This document shows, one piece after another, positions 38,567-47,867 of a stretch of 52,104 bases of DNA. The stretch is from an uncultured Bacilli bacterium. Lineage in GTDB: Bacteria > Bacillota_I > Bacilli_A > RF39 > UBA660. The stretch covers positions 1 to 52,104 of the forward strand of contig CANQZD010000044.1 of the NCBI GenBank assembly GCA_947628275.1, written 5' to 3'. Made by a program: the position numbers and the translations under genes. Below the pieces are notes generated by a model. The model saw only the letters and a program-made list of their open reading frames with translations, was not told where the DNA came from and made no database searches. Numbering within the stretch: position 1 is the stretch's first letter; every line of letters starts with the position of its first letter.

Positions 38567-39049
38567 ATGAATGAAAATATTTTAAGAGAAAATATTATGT
38601 ATCTTAGACAATGGGCAAATATTAATCCGGCTTTTAATGCTCTATCTATTGAAGATAAATATTTGGTTTTAAGATTAAATGGCAATGTAGAAAAACAAGA
38701 TATATCAGATTTTTATTTTCCTGATATGCTATATAATGAAACATTTAGAAGAAAATTAGAAAAAGATTATACGGCTGAAAATTTATATCGAATTATCGAA
38801 GTTTATTGTAAAGCAAAAGAAGCTACGAAAAATGTCCAAGTAACAACTCCATTTATTACTAATTTAGAAATATTAAATGATGCGCAGAAAACATTTATTT
38901 TAATTCATACTAATGATAATAAAAAATATCGTTTTGATACTGATGATATTAATAGAACAAAATTAATTTATGAGCAATTAAAACAAACTCATAACAATAT
39001 TACTTTACAAGAATTTGGGGAGGCAATTAAAAATGATGCGCGAAAATGA
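38567..39049 (+). CDS. Hypothetical protein (160 aa)
   Basis: Intact ORF with an RBS GGGTGTGGAG upstream. No family recognised. Confidence 0.45.
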   Translation: MNENILRENIMYLRQWANINPAFNALSIEDKYLVLRLNGNVEKQDISDFYFPDMLYNETFRRKLEKDYTAENLYRIIEVYCKAKEATKNVQVTTPFITNLEILNDAQKTFILIHTNDNKKYRFDTDDINRTKLIYEQLKQTHNNITLQEFGEAIKNDARK

Positions 39050-39452
39050 TTATGTAATGGCTATTAGTAAAGCTACACCTTTAAATGAAGAAGAATTAAA
39101 GCAAGTTTTAGAATATGAACGAATTATTTTATTAGCAAAAACTTATGAAGATGAAATAACTAGTCCTTCAGTAACAGAGATGTTAAAAAAATATGATGAT
39201 TTAATAATGAATGCGACTTTACTTCCTAAAGAAAACAAAACTAGCAATATTGTTAGTGCGTTACAGAGAAACGAAAAAATGATGAATCAATTAGAACAAA
39301 TTGCTAAAACGAAAACCACTGATGAACTTAAATTAGAAAGAAAAAATGAGGCTATGAGCTTTAGTGCTGGCTTTACTAATGCATCAGTTATTATCTTTGT
39401 TGTTTTGTTAGTAGGAATTATTGCTTCGGTATTGCTATTAAGTGTTTCTTAG
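39033..39452 (+). CDS. Hypothetical tail-anchored membrane protein (about 139 aa)
   Basis: ATG 39033 lies 9 nt after GGGGAGG (the track uses TTG 39015). Helical soluble part, with a single C-terminal TM segment VIIFVVLLVGIIASVLLLSV. Overlaps the upstream gene by 17 nt. Confidence 0.45.
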   Translation: MMRENDYVMAISKATPLNEEELKQVLEYERIILLAKTYEDEITSPSVTEMLKKYDDLIMNATLLPKENKTSNIVSALQRNEKMMNQLEQIAKTKTTDELKLERKNEAMSFSAGFTNASVIIFVVLLVGIIASVLLLSVS

Positions 39453-39506
39453 TAGTTCTTTTTTTTATTTTCTTTCATACATTTAATTAGAAATGAGGTT
39501 AATTAA

Positions 39507-39767
39507 ATGGAAATATTAAAAGTTTCATCAAAGTCAAATCCCAATAAAGTTGCAGGAGCGATTGCTAATATTTATCGCGAGGCAAAAAGTGTGGAAATTC
39601 AAACTATTGGAGCTGGTAGTTTAAATCAGGCTATAAAAGCAATTGCAATAGCTAGAGGTTTTGTGGCTCCATCTGGTGATAATTTAATTGTAATTCCAGC
39701 TTTTAGTGATATTACAATTGGTGGTGAAGATAAAACCGCAATTAAATTAATTGTAACTAATAAATAG
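39507..39767 (+). CDS. spoVS: Stage V sporulation protein S
   Basis: 86 aa. MEILKVSSKSNPNKVAGAIA...IQTIGAGSLNQAIKAIAIARGF is near-canonical SpoVS and has the same length as the B. subtilis protein. Confidence 0.9.
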   Translation: MEILKVSSKSNPNKVAGAIANIYREAKSVEIQTIGAGSLNQAIKAIAIARGFVAPSGDNLIVIPAFSDITIGGEDKTAIKLIVTNK

Positions 39768-39769
39768 AA

Positions 39770-39794
39770 AAAGATTTGCAAATCGCAAATCTTT
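39770..39794. terminator. Hairpin terminator between convergent spoVS and sufU
   Basis: AAAGATTTGC-aaatc-GCAAATCTTT is a perfect 10-bp stem. The T run is short, and the hairpin overlaps the sufU stop. Confidence 0.55.
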
Positions 39795-40219
39795 TATTCA
39801 TATTTAGCTAAGATTTTTAATATTCCTTCATAAGGCAAAAAAGCACAATGTTTTCGATTATTTTGTTTATAAATATTATTGTAAGCAAGAGCTTCATTAA
39901 GAATATCTTCATTGTATGGTAATTCATCAATCATATTTTTAAAATTAAGAATGTATTCTTTGGCTTCTTTAATGGTTTTACCAATTAAATTATGAATCAT
40001 AATTGAGCAAGAAGAAGTAGATATTGCACAGGCTTCTCCAGTAAAACAAATATCTTTAATAAGATTATCTTTAATTTCAATATAAATATCTAAATTATCA
40101 ATACAACTACTATTATTAGTGTTTATTTTTTCATAATTTTCTTTATTTTCTGGAATTTTTTTATTAAGAGGATTTGTATAATGATCCAGAATAATTTCTC
40201 TTCTTAAATTTTCATCCAT
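39794..40219 (-). CDS. sufU: SUF Fe-S scaffold/sulfur acceptor SufU (IscU-like)
   Basis: ILDHYTNP, NSSCIDNL, GEACAISTSS and RKHCAFLP give the conserved Cys triad context of SufU. Confidence 0.85.
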   Translation of the reverse strand: MDENLRREIILDHYTNPLNKKIPENKENYEKINTNNSSCIDNLDIYIEIKDNLIKDICFTGEACAISTSSCSIMIHNLIGKTIKEAKEYILNFKNMIDELPYNEDILNEALAYNNIYKQNNRKHCAFLPYEGILKILAKYE

Positions 40220-41416
40220 TTAAATCATCTCTATTCTCATTTTTTCTTTATTGCTTAATAGTTCTACTAAATCATCAATTTCACTTTCAGTATTATAAAA
40301 ATATAGGCTCAAACGAATACTATTTTTAACCCCTACTTCACTTTTTAAATTTTTAGCACAGTGATTACCAGCTCTTACACATATATTATATTTATTTAAG
40401 TAATAAGCAACATCTTGACTAAAAATTCCTTCAACATTAAAGGCAATAATCCCACTATCAGATTCAATATTTAATATATCTAAGTAAGGAATTTTAATTA
40501 ATTTTTCCAGAGCATATTTTCTTAAATTTATTTCATATTCTTGAATTTTAGTCATTCCAATTTTAGTTAGATAATCAATTGCAGCTCCTAGACCAATAGC
40601 TCCAGCAATATTGGGAGTTCCAGCTTCTAGACGGGCTGGTAATTCTTTAAAATAAACTTCATTTGGTGAATCAAAAGATTCATTCATGCCCCCACCTAAA
40701 TTAAGAGGTTCTAATTCTTCTAAAAGTTCTTTTTTGCCATATAGTACTCCAATACCAGTTGGGCCACACATTTTATGACCTGAAAAAGCAAGAAAATCAA
40801 CATCTAAATCAACAACATCTGTTTTACGATGAGGAACATATTGCGAAGCATCCATGACTACAAAAATATTATGTTGATGGGCCAAATGACAAATTTCTTT
40901 AATTGGTCTTTCATCACCAATAACATTAGTTATCCCAGCTAGTGCAATAACTTTAGTATTAGGAGTAATACTTTTGATTACATTATCTAATGTAACATAA
41001 TGATTATTATCTAAAGGAATATACTTAACTTGCACTCCTATGGTATTTTGAAGATGAAACCATGGTAAAACATTTGAGGCGTGCTCACTGGTAGTGATTA
41101 AAATTTCATCAGTTGGTTCTAAATAATTTTTAAAAAAACCATTGGCAATCATATTTAAACTTTCAGTAGAACCACTTGTAAAAATAATTTCCTCACGTTT
41201 TTGGGCATTGATAAATTGCCTTACTTTTTCACGAGCTTGTTCATATTCTTGGTCAACTTTAAAAGATATATCATAATCACCGCGATGAGCATTAGCCGAA
41301 TAATTGGTGTAATAGTCTACAATTTTATCAATAACAACTTGAGGTTTGAGAGTTGTTGCCCCATTATCTAAATAGATTATATCTTTATTTAACATTGGAA
41401 AATCTTCTCGATTCAA
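40220..41416 (-). CDS. sufS: Cysteine desulfurase SufS
   Basis: YLDNGATT, PLP Lys in FSGHKMCGPTGIG, and active-site RAGNHCA. TTG 41416 lies 5 nt after GGGAGGTGA. The track start is GTG 41425. Confidence 0.9.
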   Translation of the reverse strand: MNREDFPMLNKDIIYLDNGATTLKPQVVIDKIVDYYTNYSANAHRGDYDISFKVDQEYEQAREKVRQFINAQKREEIIFTSGSTESLNMIANGFFKNYLEPTDEILITTSEHASNVLPWFHLQNTIGVQVKYIPLDNNHYVTLDNVIKSITPNTKVIALAGITNVIGDERPIKEICHLAHQHNIFVVMDASQYVPHRKTDVVDLDVDFLAFSGHKMCGPTGIGVLYGKKELLEELEPLNLGGGMNESFDSPNEVYFKELPARLEAGTPNIAGAIGLGAAIDYLTKIGMTKIQEYEINLRKYALEKLIKIPYLDILNIESDSGIIAFNVEGIFSQDVAYYLNKYNICVRAGNHCAKNLKSEVGVKNSIRLSLYFYNTESEIDDLVELLSNKEKMRIEMI

Positions 41417-41430
41417 ATAATTCACCTCCC

Positions 41431-42033
41431 TTACTTATTTAACATGCTTTTTAAAAAGCCTTCTTTAATTAAATCCATAGCTTGTTCTTTTACAAGACCT
41501 TTGCTATTTAAATAAAATAATTCGTCTTCATTAATAGTTTTAATGGTGGCATTATGATTAGCAATTGCTTCATTAGAATAAACATAAAGTTCTGGTAAAC
41601 ATTTTATCTGTTGTTCATTAATATTTAAAACTTTTATTTGTTCTAAAAATTCATTATCTTTAGTTTTTTCTTCTATAATTCCTACAGTTTTTAAAACTGA
41701 TGGACAATTATCTTTAGGTACTATATGAAAGGTTATTTTACTAAAAGTTGAATTACCAGCTAAAGTATTTAAAATTTGTAAGTTATTCTCTTTAGTTGTG
41801 GTTAGTCCTAAAGAAATATTAACAACATTATTGTTTTGACAATGAATATGAATTTTACCATTTATGCCATTTAAATTAAGTAGACAATGACTTTCTAGGA
41901 TAACATTATCGGCTAAAAAGATATCACAATCAAATTCTTCATTGGGTAATTCCCATTCATAAATATCTAAATTTTCAGCTATTTTAATATTAGATTTTTG
42001 GGCTAAAATTTTAATCTTTTCTTTCTTACTCAT
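41431..42033 (-). CDS. sufD: Short SufB/SufD-family protein (about 200 aa, core only)
   Basis: The C-terminal block ANHNATIKTINEDELFYLNSKGLVKEQAMDLIKEGFL matches the conserved SufBD C-terminus. Its position between sufC and sufS is the usual sufD slot, but it is about half the usual length. Confidence 0.6.
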   Translation of the reverse strand: MSKKEKIKILAQKSNIKIAENLDIYEWELPNEEFDCDIFLADNVILESHCLLNLNGINGKIHIHCQNNNVVNISLGLTTTKENNLQILNTLAGNSTFSKITFHIVPKDNCPSVLKTVGIIEEKTKDNEFLEQIKVLNINEQQIKCLPELYVYSNEAIANHNATIKTINEDELFYLNSKGLVKEQAMDLIKEGFLKSMLNK

Positions 42034-42075
42034 AGTATTATATTCGCTCCTTTATGACCTGATTAATCAAAATTC

Positions 42076-42795
42076 CTAGAAGTTATTAAAACCTTTTTCT
42101 AAAATTTCTTTGCTTAAAGAAGCATCACTTGATTTTTTAATGGTTTTATCCATCACTAAATGAACATGAGTTGGGTTAAGTAACTTAAGTAACATTTCTT
42201 GATGGGTAACAATTAAAATAGCACAGGAATTATTTTTTCGATAATTATTTAAAACTTTAGCAACATCTTTAATCGCATCAACATCCAAACCTGAATCAAT
42301 TTCATCTAAAATAATTAATTTAGGTTTTAAAAATAACATAGTCAATAATTCATTTTTCTTTTTCTCGCCACCAGACATATTAACGTTTACTTCTCTGTGA
42401 ACAAAATCTTTATCAATATTTAATTCTTCACAATACTTTTTATATTCTTTATTAAAGGTAAAAATATCCATTGGACTACCCTTTTCTTGTAAGGCAGTTC
42501 TAATTAGTTCAACATTTTTAACACCTTCAATGGGAAATGGAGACTGAGCAATATAATAAATTCCTAATTTGGCAATTTGATCAGTTTTTAAATTGGTTAT
42601 ATCTTGATTATCAAAGCTAATCGTACCGTTTTTTTCTAAGCTGGGATGAGATAAAATAGCTTTACAAAGGGTACTTTTTCCAGCTCCGTTAGGTCCCATT
42701 ATAACATGTATCTCATTTTCATTGATTTCTATATTGATATTATTTAATAATTTTCTATCACCAGTTTTAACATTTAAATTTTTAATCTGAAACAT
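42076..42795 (-). CDS. sufC: Fe-S cluster assembly ATPase SufC
   Basis: Walker A GPNGAGKST, signature MSGGEKKKNE, Walker B LIILDEIDSGLD, H-loop VTHQ. ATG 42795 lies 4 nt after GGTGAT. The track start is GTG 42810. Confidence 0.9.
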   Translation of the reverse strand: MFQIKNLNVKTGDRKLLNNINIEINENEIHVIMGPNGAGKSTLCKAILSHPSLEKNGTISFDNQDITNLKTDQIAKLGIYYIAQSPFPIEGVKNVELIRTALQEKGSPMDIFTFNKEYKKYCEELNIDKDFVHREVNVNMSGGEKKKNELLTMLFLKPKLIILDEIDSGLDVDAIKDVAKVLNNYRKNNSCAILIVTHQEMLLKLLNPTHVHLVMDKTIKKSSDASLSKEILEKGFNNF

Positions 42796-42848
42796 AATAT
42801 CACCAACCACTCATATTTTACCAAAAGCATTTTAAAATGTCTACTAAT

Positions 42849-42879
42849 CAAAAAAGAGATTATTTCTGTTCAATCTCTT
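42849..42879 (-). terminator. Intrinsic terminator after the receiver gene
   Basis: AAGAGATT-10 nt-AATCTCTT followed by TTTT on the minus strand. The 5' arm lies within the last codons of the gene. Confidence 0.55.
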
Positions 42880-43249
42880 GTTCTTTACGGTCATAAAAAT
42901 TTTTAATCGAATCAACTACTCTATTCATATTATCAATAGTAAAAGGTTTATTTAAAACATCTAATATTGGATAACTAAAGGCTTTTTCAATAGTTTCTTT
43001 ATTGTCATCACCAGTGATAATAATTACGGGAATTTTTTCAATTAAGTTGTTAGCTTCCAAATAACTTAATACTTCAAAGCCATTTGATTCAGGCATATTT
43101 AAATCTAATAAAATAGCATAGACATCATTAGCTTTTAATATTTCAATAGCAACATGACCATCATGAGCTTTAGTTACGGCAAATTTATCTTTTAAACTTT
43201 TTTCGATAAAATTTAAAATTATATCAGAATCATCAACTGCTAAAATCAT
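42860..43249 (-). CDS. Single-domain response regulator (receiver only, CheY-like)
   Basis: 129 aa. ILAVDDSD, phospho-acceptor context LLDLNMPESNG, IIITG, and K in NKPF. There is no output domain. TAATG overlap with the Hpt gene. Confidence 0.85.
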   Translation of the reverse strand: MILAVDDSDIILNFIEKSLKDKFAVTKAHDGHVAIEILKANDVYAILLDLNMPESNGFEVLSYLEANNLIEKIPVIIITGDDNKETIEKAFSYPILDVLNKPFTIDNMNRVVDSIKNFYDRKEQEIEQK

Positions 43250-43623
43250 TAGTTACACTCCTTATCTATATTAAAGTACGTACTTAATAATTGATAAATG
43301 TTATTAATTGTCATGGCTAATTCATTAAAATGGCTTTCAATAAACTCTCCATTATTTTCTTTACCTTTTAATTCATGTTCTAAAAAAACTTCAGCTTCTT
43401 TCATTAAGCCAAAATATTTTGATTCACTTTTCAAACTATGAGCTAAAATAGCATAATTTTCATAATCATGATTATTTTTGTAATTTTCTAGTTCGGTTTT
43501 TTTAGCTAATAATGAGTCATAATAATCTTTTAAGCCATCATTATAACTAGCTATATCACCCCAGATTTCTAAGCCAGCATTAACATCGACGCCATGATTA
43601 ATTAATAAATCAGTATTTTTCAT
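43249..43623 (-). CDS. Hpt (histidine phosphotransfer) domain protein
   Basis: 124 aa. [16 protein letters not shown] matches the Hpt H-x-x-K-G/S motif. AGGAGG RBS. ATGA overlap with the kinase gene stop. Confidence 0.75.
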   Translation of the reverse strand: MKNTDLLINHGVDVNAGLEIWGDIASYNDGLKDYYDSLLAKKTELENYKNNHDYENYAILAHSLKSESKYFGLMKEAEVFLEHELKGKENNGEFIESHFNELAMTINNIYQLLSTYFNIDKECN

Positions 43624-45446
43624 TTTTTACCTCCTAAATATTTATTAATTGTTTTATTTAACATTTCTCTATCGATTGGTTTAGATAAGTAACCATTAAA
43701 TCCAGCTTGAAGATATTTTTCTTCAGTACCTTCGATAGCATCAGCGGTTAAAGCAATAACCGGAGTTCGAAAATTTTTCAGAGATTTTAAATCATTTAAA
43801 GTTTCAACACCATTTTTTTTTGGCATCATAATATCCATAAAAATTAAATCAAAATCTTGTTTTTTTACTTGTTCTATAGCATCAAAGCCACTTTCACTAG
43901 CTACAACAGCAAATTTATATTCTTTCATTAATTGAATAGCTACTTTAAGATTAATTTTAGAATCATCTACAATTAAAACCCGTTTATTTTCATATGTTTT
44001 AATTTGATTATTTGTTAAATTTTCTTCTTTAGCATCTTCTTCCATTCTAACAATTTCTTGTTCTAAGTAGACCCGAAAAATAGAACCTTCACCAAATTTA
44101 CTAAAAACAGATATTTTACCACCCATCATTTCTACTAAATTTTTGGTAATGGCAAGTCCTAAACCAGTTCCTTCAATTGTTGTATTTTTATCTTCATCGA
44201 TTCTTTCAAATTTCCGAAATAAGTTTTTAATATTACTTTCTTTAATTCCACGACCAGTATCTTTAACAGAAATATATAATACTGATTTACGTTTAGCTAT
44301 ATCATTAACGCATGTAACATGTAAAACGATTTCACCTTTATCAGTATATTTAGCAGCATTAGTTAAAATATTTAAAACAATTTGTTTTAATTTACCAACG
44401 TCTCCTTTTAGGGTACCAGGTAAATCTGGAGAAAAATAAGTTTTAAACTCAATTGGTTTTTCTCTAATTCGAGGGATTACTAATTTTCCTAAAGACTCTA
44501 AAACTTCTTTAGGGTTATATTCTTTTAAAATAATTTCCATTTTATTAGCTTCTATTTTAGATATATCTAAGATTCCATTAACAATTTCTAGTAAGTTATG
44601 TGAAGCATCAACTATATCAGTAGCAAAATTACGAGCTTCTAAAGGTAAATCTTGATGATCTAAAAGGCATTCACTAAAACCAACAATAGCATTTAATGGA
44701 GTTCTTATTTCATGGGACATATTTGATAAAAAATCGGTTTTAGCACGATTAGCTTTTTCGGCTTGGTCTTTAGCCATATTTAATTCTTTAATCATTTTAA
44801 TATCAGGATTTTCAATAGTAAAGTACATGACAATATCTATTAAACTTAATAAATAGCTTATTAAGAAAGCTTCAGGAAAAAAGATTTGAATAATAACATT
44901 AATAACTAAGGCAACAACTAAAACATAAATGGGTCTTAACTTTTTGCGATCAATTATTTTACGATTTTTAATAGCTAGAATAACTGAATAACATAAAAAT
45001 AAAATAGCAAATAAATATGTGACAACAACAGATGGTCCAAAAGGCATGATAACATCATTAATTTCTTGATAATCTAAAGGTAAAAACATAATTAAAGCTA
45101 GTAAAACAATAAAGATATAAAAATAGACTTTACGGGTTTTTATTAATTTTTTTTCTTTATCATTAGTTAAACTGATTGTTTTAATATAATAAGAGAAAAT
45201 CATTCCCCACACAACTAAATACAGAAAAACTAGACGGCAACTAAAGGTATATATTATATTATGATAATCTAAACCTAATTTAAACCAAATTGAGGTTAAA
45301 ACATCAAATATAATGCCGGCAAGTGAAATAATTAATAAATATTTATAAATTGTAGTTTCATGGTTTTTAATTCTTTCTTTTGAAAAAAAGTCAATCATAA
45401 AGATAAAAATAATTATCAATGCGCTAATAGAAAAATATAGTCCCAT
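43620..45446 (-). CDS. Hybrid sensor histidine kinase/response regulator with polytopic N-terminal sensor
   Basis: About six TM segments, His[14 protein letters not shown], HATPase N/G boxes ([22 protein letters not shown]), and a C-terminal receiver ([24 protein letters not shown]). ATG 45446 lies 8 nt after GGGAG. The track start 45506 lies inside the promoter -35 box. Confidence 0.88.
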   Translation of the reverse strand: MGLYFSISALIIIFIFMIDFFSKERIKNHETTIYKYLLIISLAGIIFDVLTSIWFKLGLDYHNIIYTFSCRLVFLYLVVWGMIFSYYIKTISLTNDKEKKLIKTRKVYFYIFIVLLALIMFLPLDYQEINDVIMPFGPSVVVTYLFAILFLCYSVILAIKNRKIIDRKKLRPIYVLVVALVINVIIQIFFPEAFLISYLLSLIDIVMYFTIENPDIKMIKELNMAKDQAEKANRAKTDFLSNMSHEIRTPLNAIVGFSECLLDHQDLPLEARNFATDIVDASHNLLEIVNGILDISKIEANKMEIILKEYNPKEVLESLGKLVIPRIREKPIEFKTYFSPDLPGTLKGDVGKLKQIVLNILTNAAKYTDKGEIVLHVTCVNDIAKRKSVLYISVKDTGRGIKESNIKNLFRKFERIDEDKNTTIEGTGLGLAITKNLVEMMGGKISVFSKFGEGSIFRVYLEQEIVRMEEDAKEENLTNNQIKTYENKRVLIVDDSKINLKVAIQLMKEYKFAVVASESGFDAIEQVKKQDFDLIFMDIMMPKKNGVETLNDLKSLKNFRTPVIALTADAIEGTEEKYLQAGFNGYLSKPIDREMLNKTINKYLGGKK

Positions 45447-45476
45447 TTTTACATCTCCCTTATTATAACCAATTTT

Positions 45477-45506
45477 ATCATATCTAAATTGATGTTTCAA
45501 TGTCAA
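45477..45506 (-). promoter_or_regulatory. Sigma-A type promoter of the phosphorelay operon
   Basis: Minus strand reads TTGACA (45506..45501), an 18-nt spacer, then TATGAT (45482..45477). Confidence 0.5.
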
Positions 45507-45520
45507 AAATTTAGGTGGAA

Positions 45521-45561
45521 ATAAAAAAAGAACTATTTTTTAATTTTTCTAAATAGTTCTC
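45521..45561 (-). terminator. Intrinsic terminator after the AMP-binding enzyme gene
   Basis: AGAACTATTT-12 nt-AAATAGTTCT followed by TTTTTTT on the minus strand. The 5' arm overlaps the stop codon. Confidence 0.7.
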
Positions 45562-47192
45562 TTTAAGGCAATATTTTTCTCTTCTTGTTCTTTATTGTAG
45601 TTATTTTCTAATAAGGTATAGTCAACTTTGGAATTAGAGCTTCTAGGAAGAGGTTGATTGGTATAAATGATATCAAATGGTAAGGCACTAGTACCAATAT
45701 TATTAATAATAATACTATTAATTTTCTCTTCTAAAGCTTTTCTATCAAAGTTTAAGTCTCTAACACAAATATGATAAATAGGAACATATTGAGCTTGTCT
45801 ATCAGGCTTTTTAGTCACTGCTACTTCGGCGATATTAGCATCGATTTCTAATAAAAGTTTTTCTATTTGTTCAGGATATATATTATCAATTCCGCAAACA
45901 AAGTTACGTTTATTACGTCCAATATAAATATATTCGTTAGGGTTTTTATCAGACTTTTTAACAATATCACCGGTTATATACCATCTGGTATTATTTTCAT
46001 CGAACCAAAAAGCATCATTGTTTTCTAAAGGACGATTTCGATAATTATTTAACATAGCTGGACCACTAAGTAATAATAATCCGGCTTGATTATCTTTGAC
46101 TTCTTGAAAATTAGCATCTACTACTTTTACTTTAGTATAAGGAATGGGATAGCCGATGGTTCCTGGGGTGTTTTTATTACCTATATTAACCATAACTGGT
46201 GCCCAAAATTCAGTCATTCCTAAGACACTGCCAATACTGGTTTTACTTCCACCATAATGTAAAGTTTCATTAGCTAAGGCTTCTTCGGCCGGTTTAAAAT
46301 ACTCCCCACCACTGGTAGCTTGAATTATATTATTAAAAACACCTGGTTTAACTAATGGATTATTATGTAAAGAATTCCAATGAATTGGTCCCCCGGTTAC
46401 AGCATCACTATGAGTTCTTATTATTTCTGAAACAAAATCTTGAGGCATAAATTTAGTTGTTGAAGCAAAAACTAAATTATTAGCTAAAGCATAATGTAAA
46501 ACTAACCGACCAAAACACATATTACCAAAAGGGATATTTCCTAACTGGGTCATTCCTGGTTCAGCAATAAAAACATGATCAAGAGCTTGAGTAACACAAT
46601 TTAAACCATTACCTACTAATTCGGCTCCTTTATGATTGCCAGTTGTTCCTCCAGTAAAAATGACATCAGTTGTTCTATTAGGTTCATAATAACCTTTAAA
46701 ATCTGGATAAGTTGATTTTTTGGCAATTTCTTCTTCATTAAAAGGAAAAATAATTGGTGAAACTTTTAAATTTGCTAAAGAATCTTGCAAATTATTGGTA
46801 AGGCAATCCATTACAATAATCCGATTAGGCTTGGTATCAAGAATATCATTATTCATACGTAAATTATTATTAAAAGGATTTAAGCCAATAACTTCACATC
46901 CAATATCATATAAAGCATATAAAAGATAAATTGCTTCGGGACAATTTATTAAGCTTACTCCTATTTTTTCTTCTTTTCTAATACCTTTTTCATAATATAA
47001 ATATTTAGCATATTTTCTAATTTCTTCATGCATTTGTTCATATGTTATTTGACGATTATCTTCCGTACTTATCGCAATGTAATTCATATAATTTTTATTT
47101 CGTTCTCTTAAAAAATCGGTTTGAGTACAATTCGGTAAAACTTCCGTATATTCCTTATTTTCATATAAATCAGTAAATGTTACTTTTGTCAT
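45549..47192 (-). CDS. AMP-dependent synthetase/ligase (adenylate-forming enzyme, substrate unknown)
   Basis: AMP-binding motif IFTGGTTGNHKGA, YGMTE-like LGMTEF, TGDIVK, and a C-terminal K in NSKVD. Confidence 0.8.
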   Translation of the reverse strand: MTKVTFTDLYENKEYTEVLPNCTQTDFLRERNKNYMNYIAISTEDNRQITYEQMHEEIRKYAKYLYYEKGIRKEEKIGVSLINCPEAIYLLYALYDIGCEVIGLNPFNNNLRMNNDILDTKPNRIIVMDCLTNNLQDSLANLKVSPIIFPFNEEEIAKKSTYPDFKGYYEPNRTTDVIFTGGTTGNHKGAELVGNGLNCVTQALDHVFIAEPGMTQLGNIPFGNMCFGRLVLHYALANNLVFASTTKFMPQDFVSEIIRTHSDAVTGGPIHWNSLHNNPLVKPGVFNNIIQATSGGEYFKPAEEALANETLHYGGSKTSIGSVLGMTEFWAPVMVNIGNKNTPGTIGYPIPYTKVKVVDANFQEVKDNQAGLLLLSGPAMLNNYRNRPLENNDAFWFDENNTRWYITGDIVKKSDKNPNEYIYIGRNKRNFVCGIDNIYPEQIEKLLLEIDANIAEVAVTKKPDRQAQYVPIYHICVRDLNFDRKALEEKINSIIINNIGTSALPFDIIYTNQPLPRSSNSKVDYTLLENNYNKEQEEKNIALKRTI

Positions 47193-47276
47193 CGTAAAAC
47201 CTCCCTATTACAATTTTTAGTATATACTAACTTATAAAAGATTTAAATAGAAGTTTACATATTTTGACAATTATTT

Positions 47277-47753
47277 TTAATTGATAACAAATTCTCCTTG
47301 ATATTCTAAATTAGTTTCATTTATATCGCTAGCGACTTGAAGTTGAAAATTATAGGTTTTCTCTTCATTTTTGGCCAATTCATCACTAATGATAAGATGA
47401 CTACTTAGACTATTGTCTTTAGTTTTAACTTTAGCTGGATAGCTACTCAATATTTTATTATTAACAAGAAGATAATTTTCTTTAATATTACTATTAGTCA
47501 AAGTTTCTAAACTAATATTAACAACTTTTTGGGCACAGCTATTTTTTACTTTAAAAGTATAATTATATAATTCGTTTAATTCCATATTTTCTTTCACTGT
47601 TTGGTTATTTTCAATAGCCGTAATTTCTAAACATTTTTCTAGGGGTTTAAATTTTAAAAAAGCATAGCCAAAACCAGCAATGCTTAATAAAACAATTGCC
47701 AAGATAATAATTACTAAATAAGCATCTTTTTTTAAATGAATCTTTTTCTTCAT
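47277..47753 (-). CDS. Exported hypothetical protein, paralog of 7594..8196
   Basis: Basic N-terminus and a TM segment ending GYAFL. Shares the blocks YNYTFKVKNSC / NISLETLTNSN / KTYNFQLQ...YQGEF with the 200-aa protein. GGAGG RBS. Confidence 0.5.
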   Translation of the reverse strand: MKKKIHLKKDAYLVIIILAIVLLSIAGFGYAFLKFKPLEKCLEITAIENNQTVKENMELNELYNYTFKVKNSCAQKVVNISLETLTNSNIKENYLLVNNKILSSYPAKVKTKDNSLSSHLIISDELAKNEEKTYNFQLQVASDINETNLEYQGEFVIN

Positions 47754-47867
47754 CTTATTCCTCCGGTCTTAATTATACTTTTTTTCTATAGATATTGCAA
47801 TTAATAAATATGACGAATTTAATTCATGTTTTAGGATAATTTTCATAAATTTAATTAGGTGATTTTT

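Noticed and set aside
47218-47229. Perfect 12-bp palindrome TAGTATATACTA upstream of the AMP-binding enzyme gene
   Set aside because: It is TA-rich and short, so it is likely to arise by chance at this base composition. It also overlaps a plausible -10-like region. It is noted only as context in a finding.
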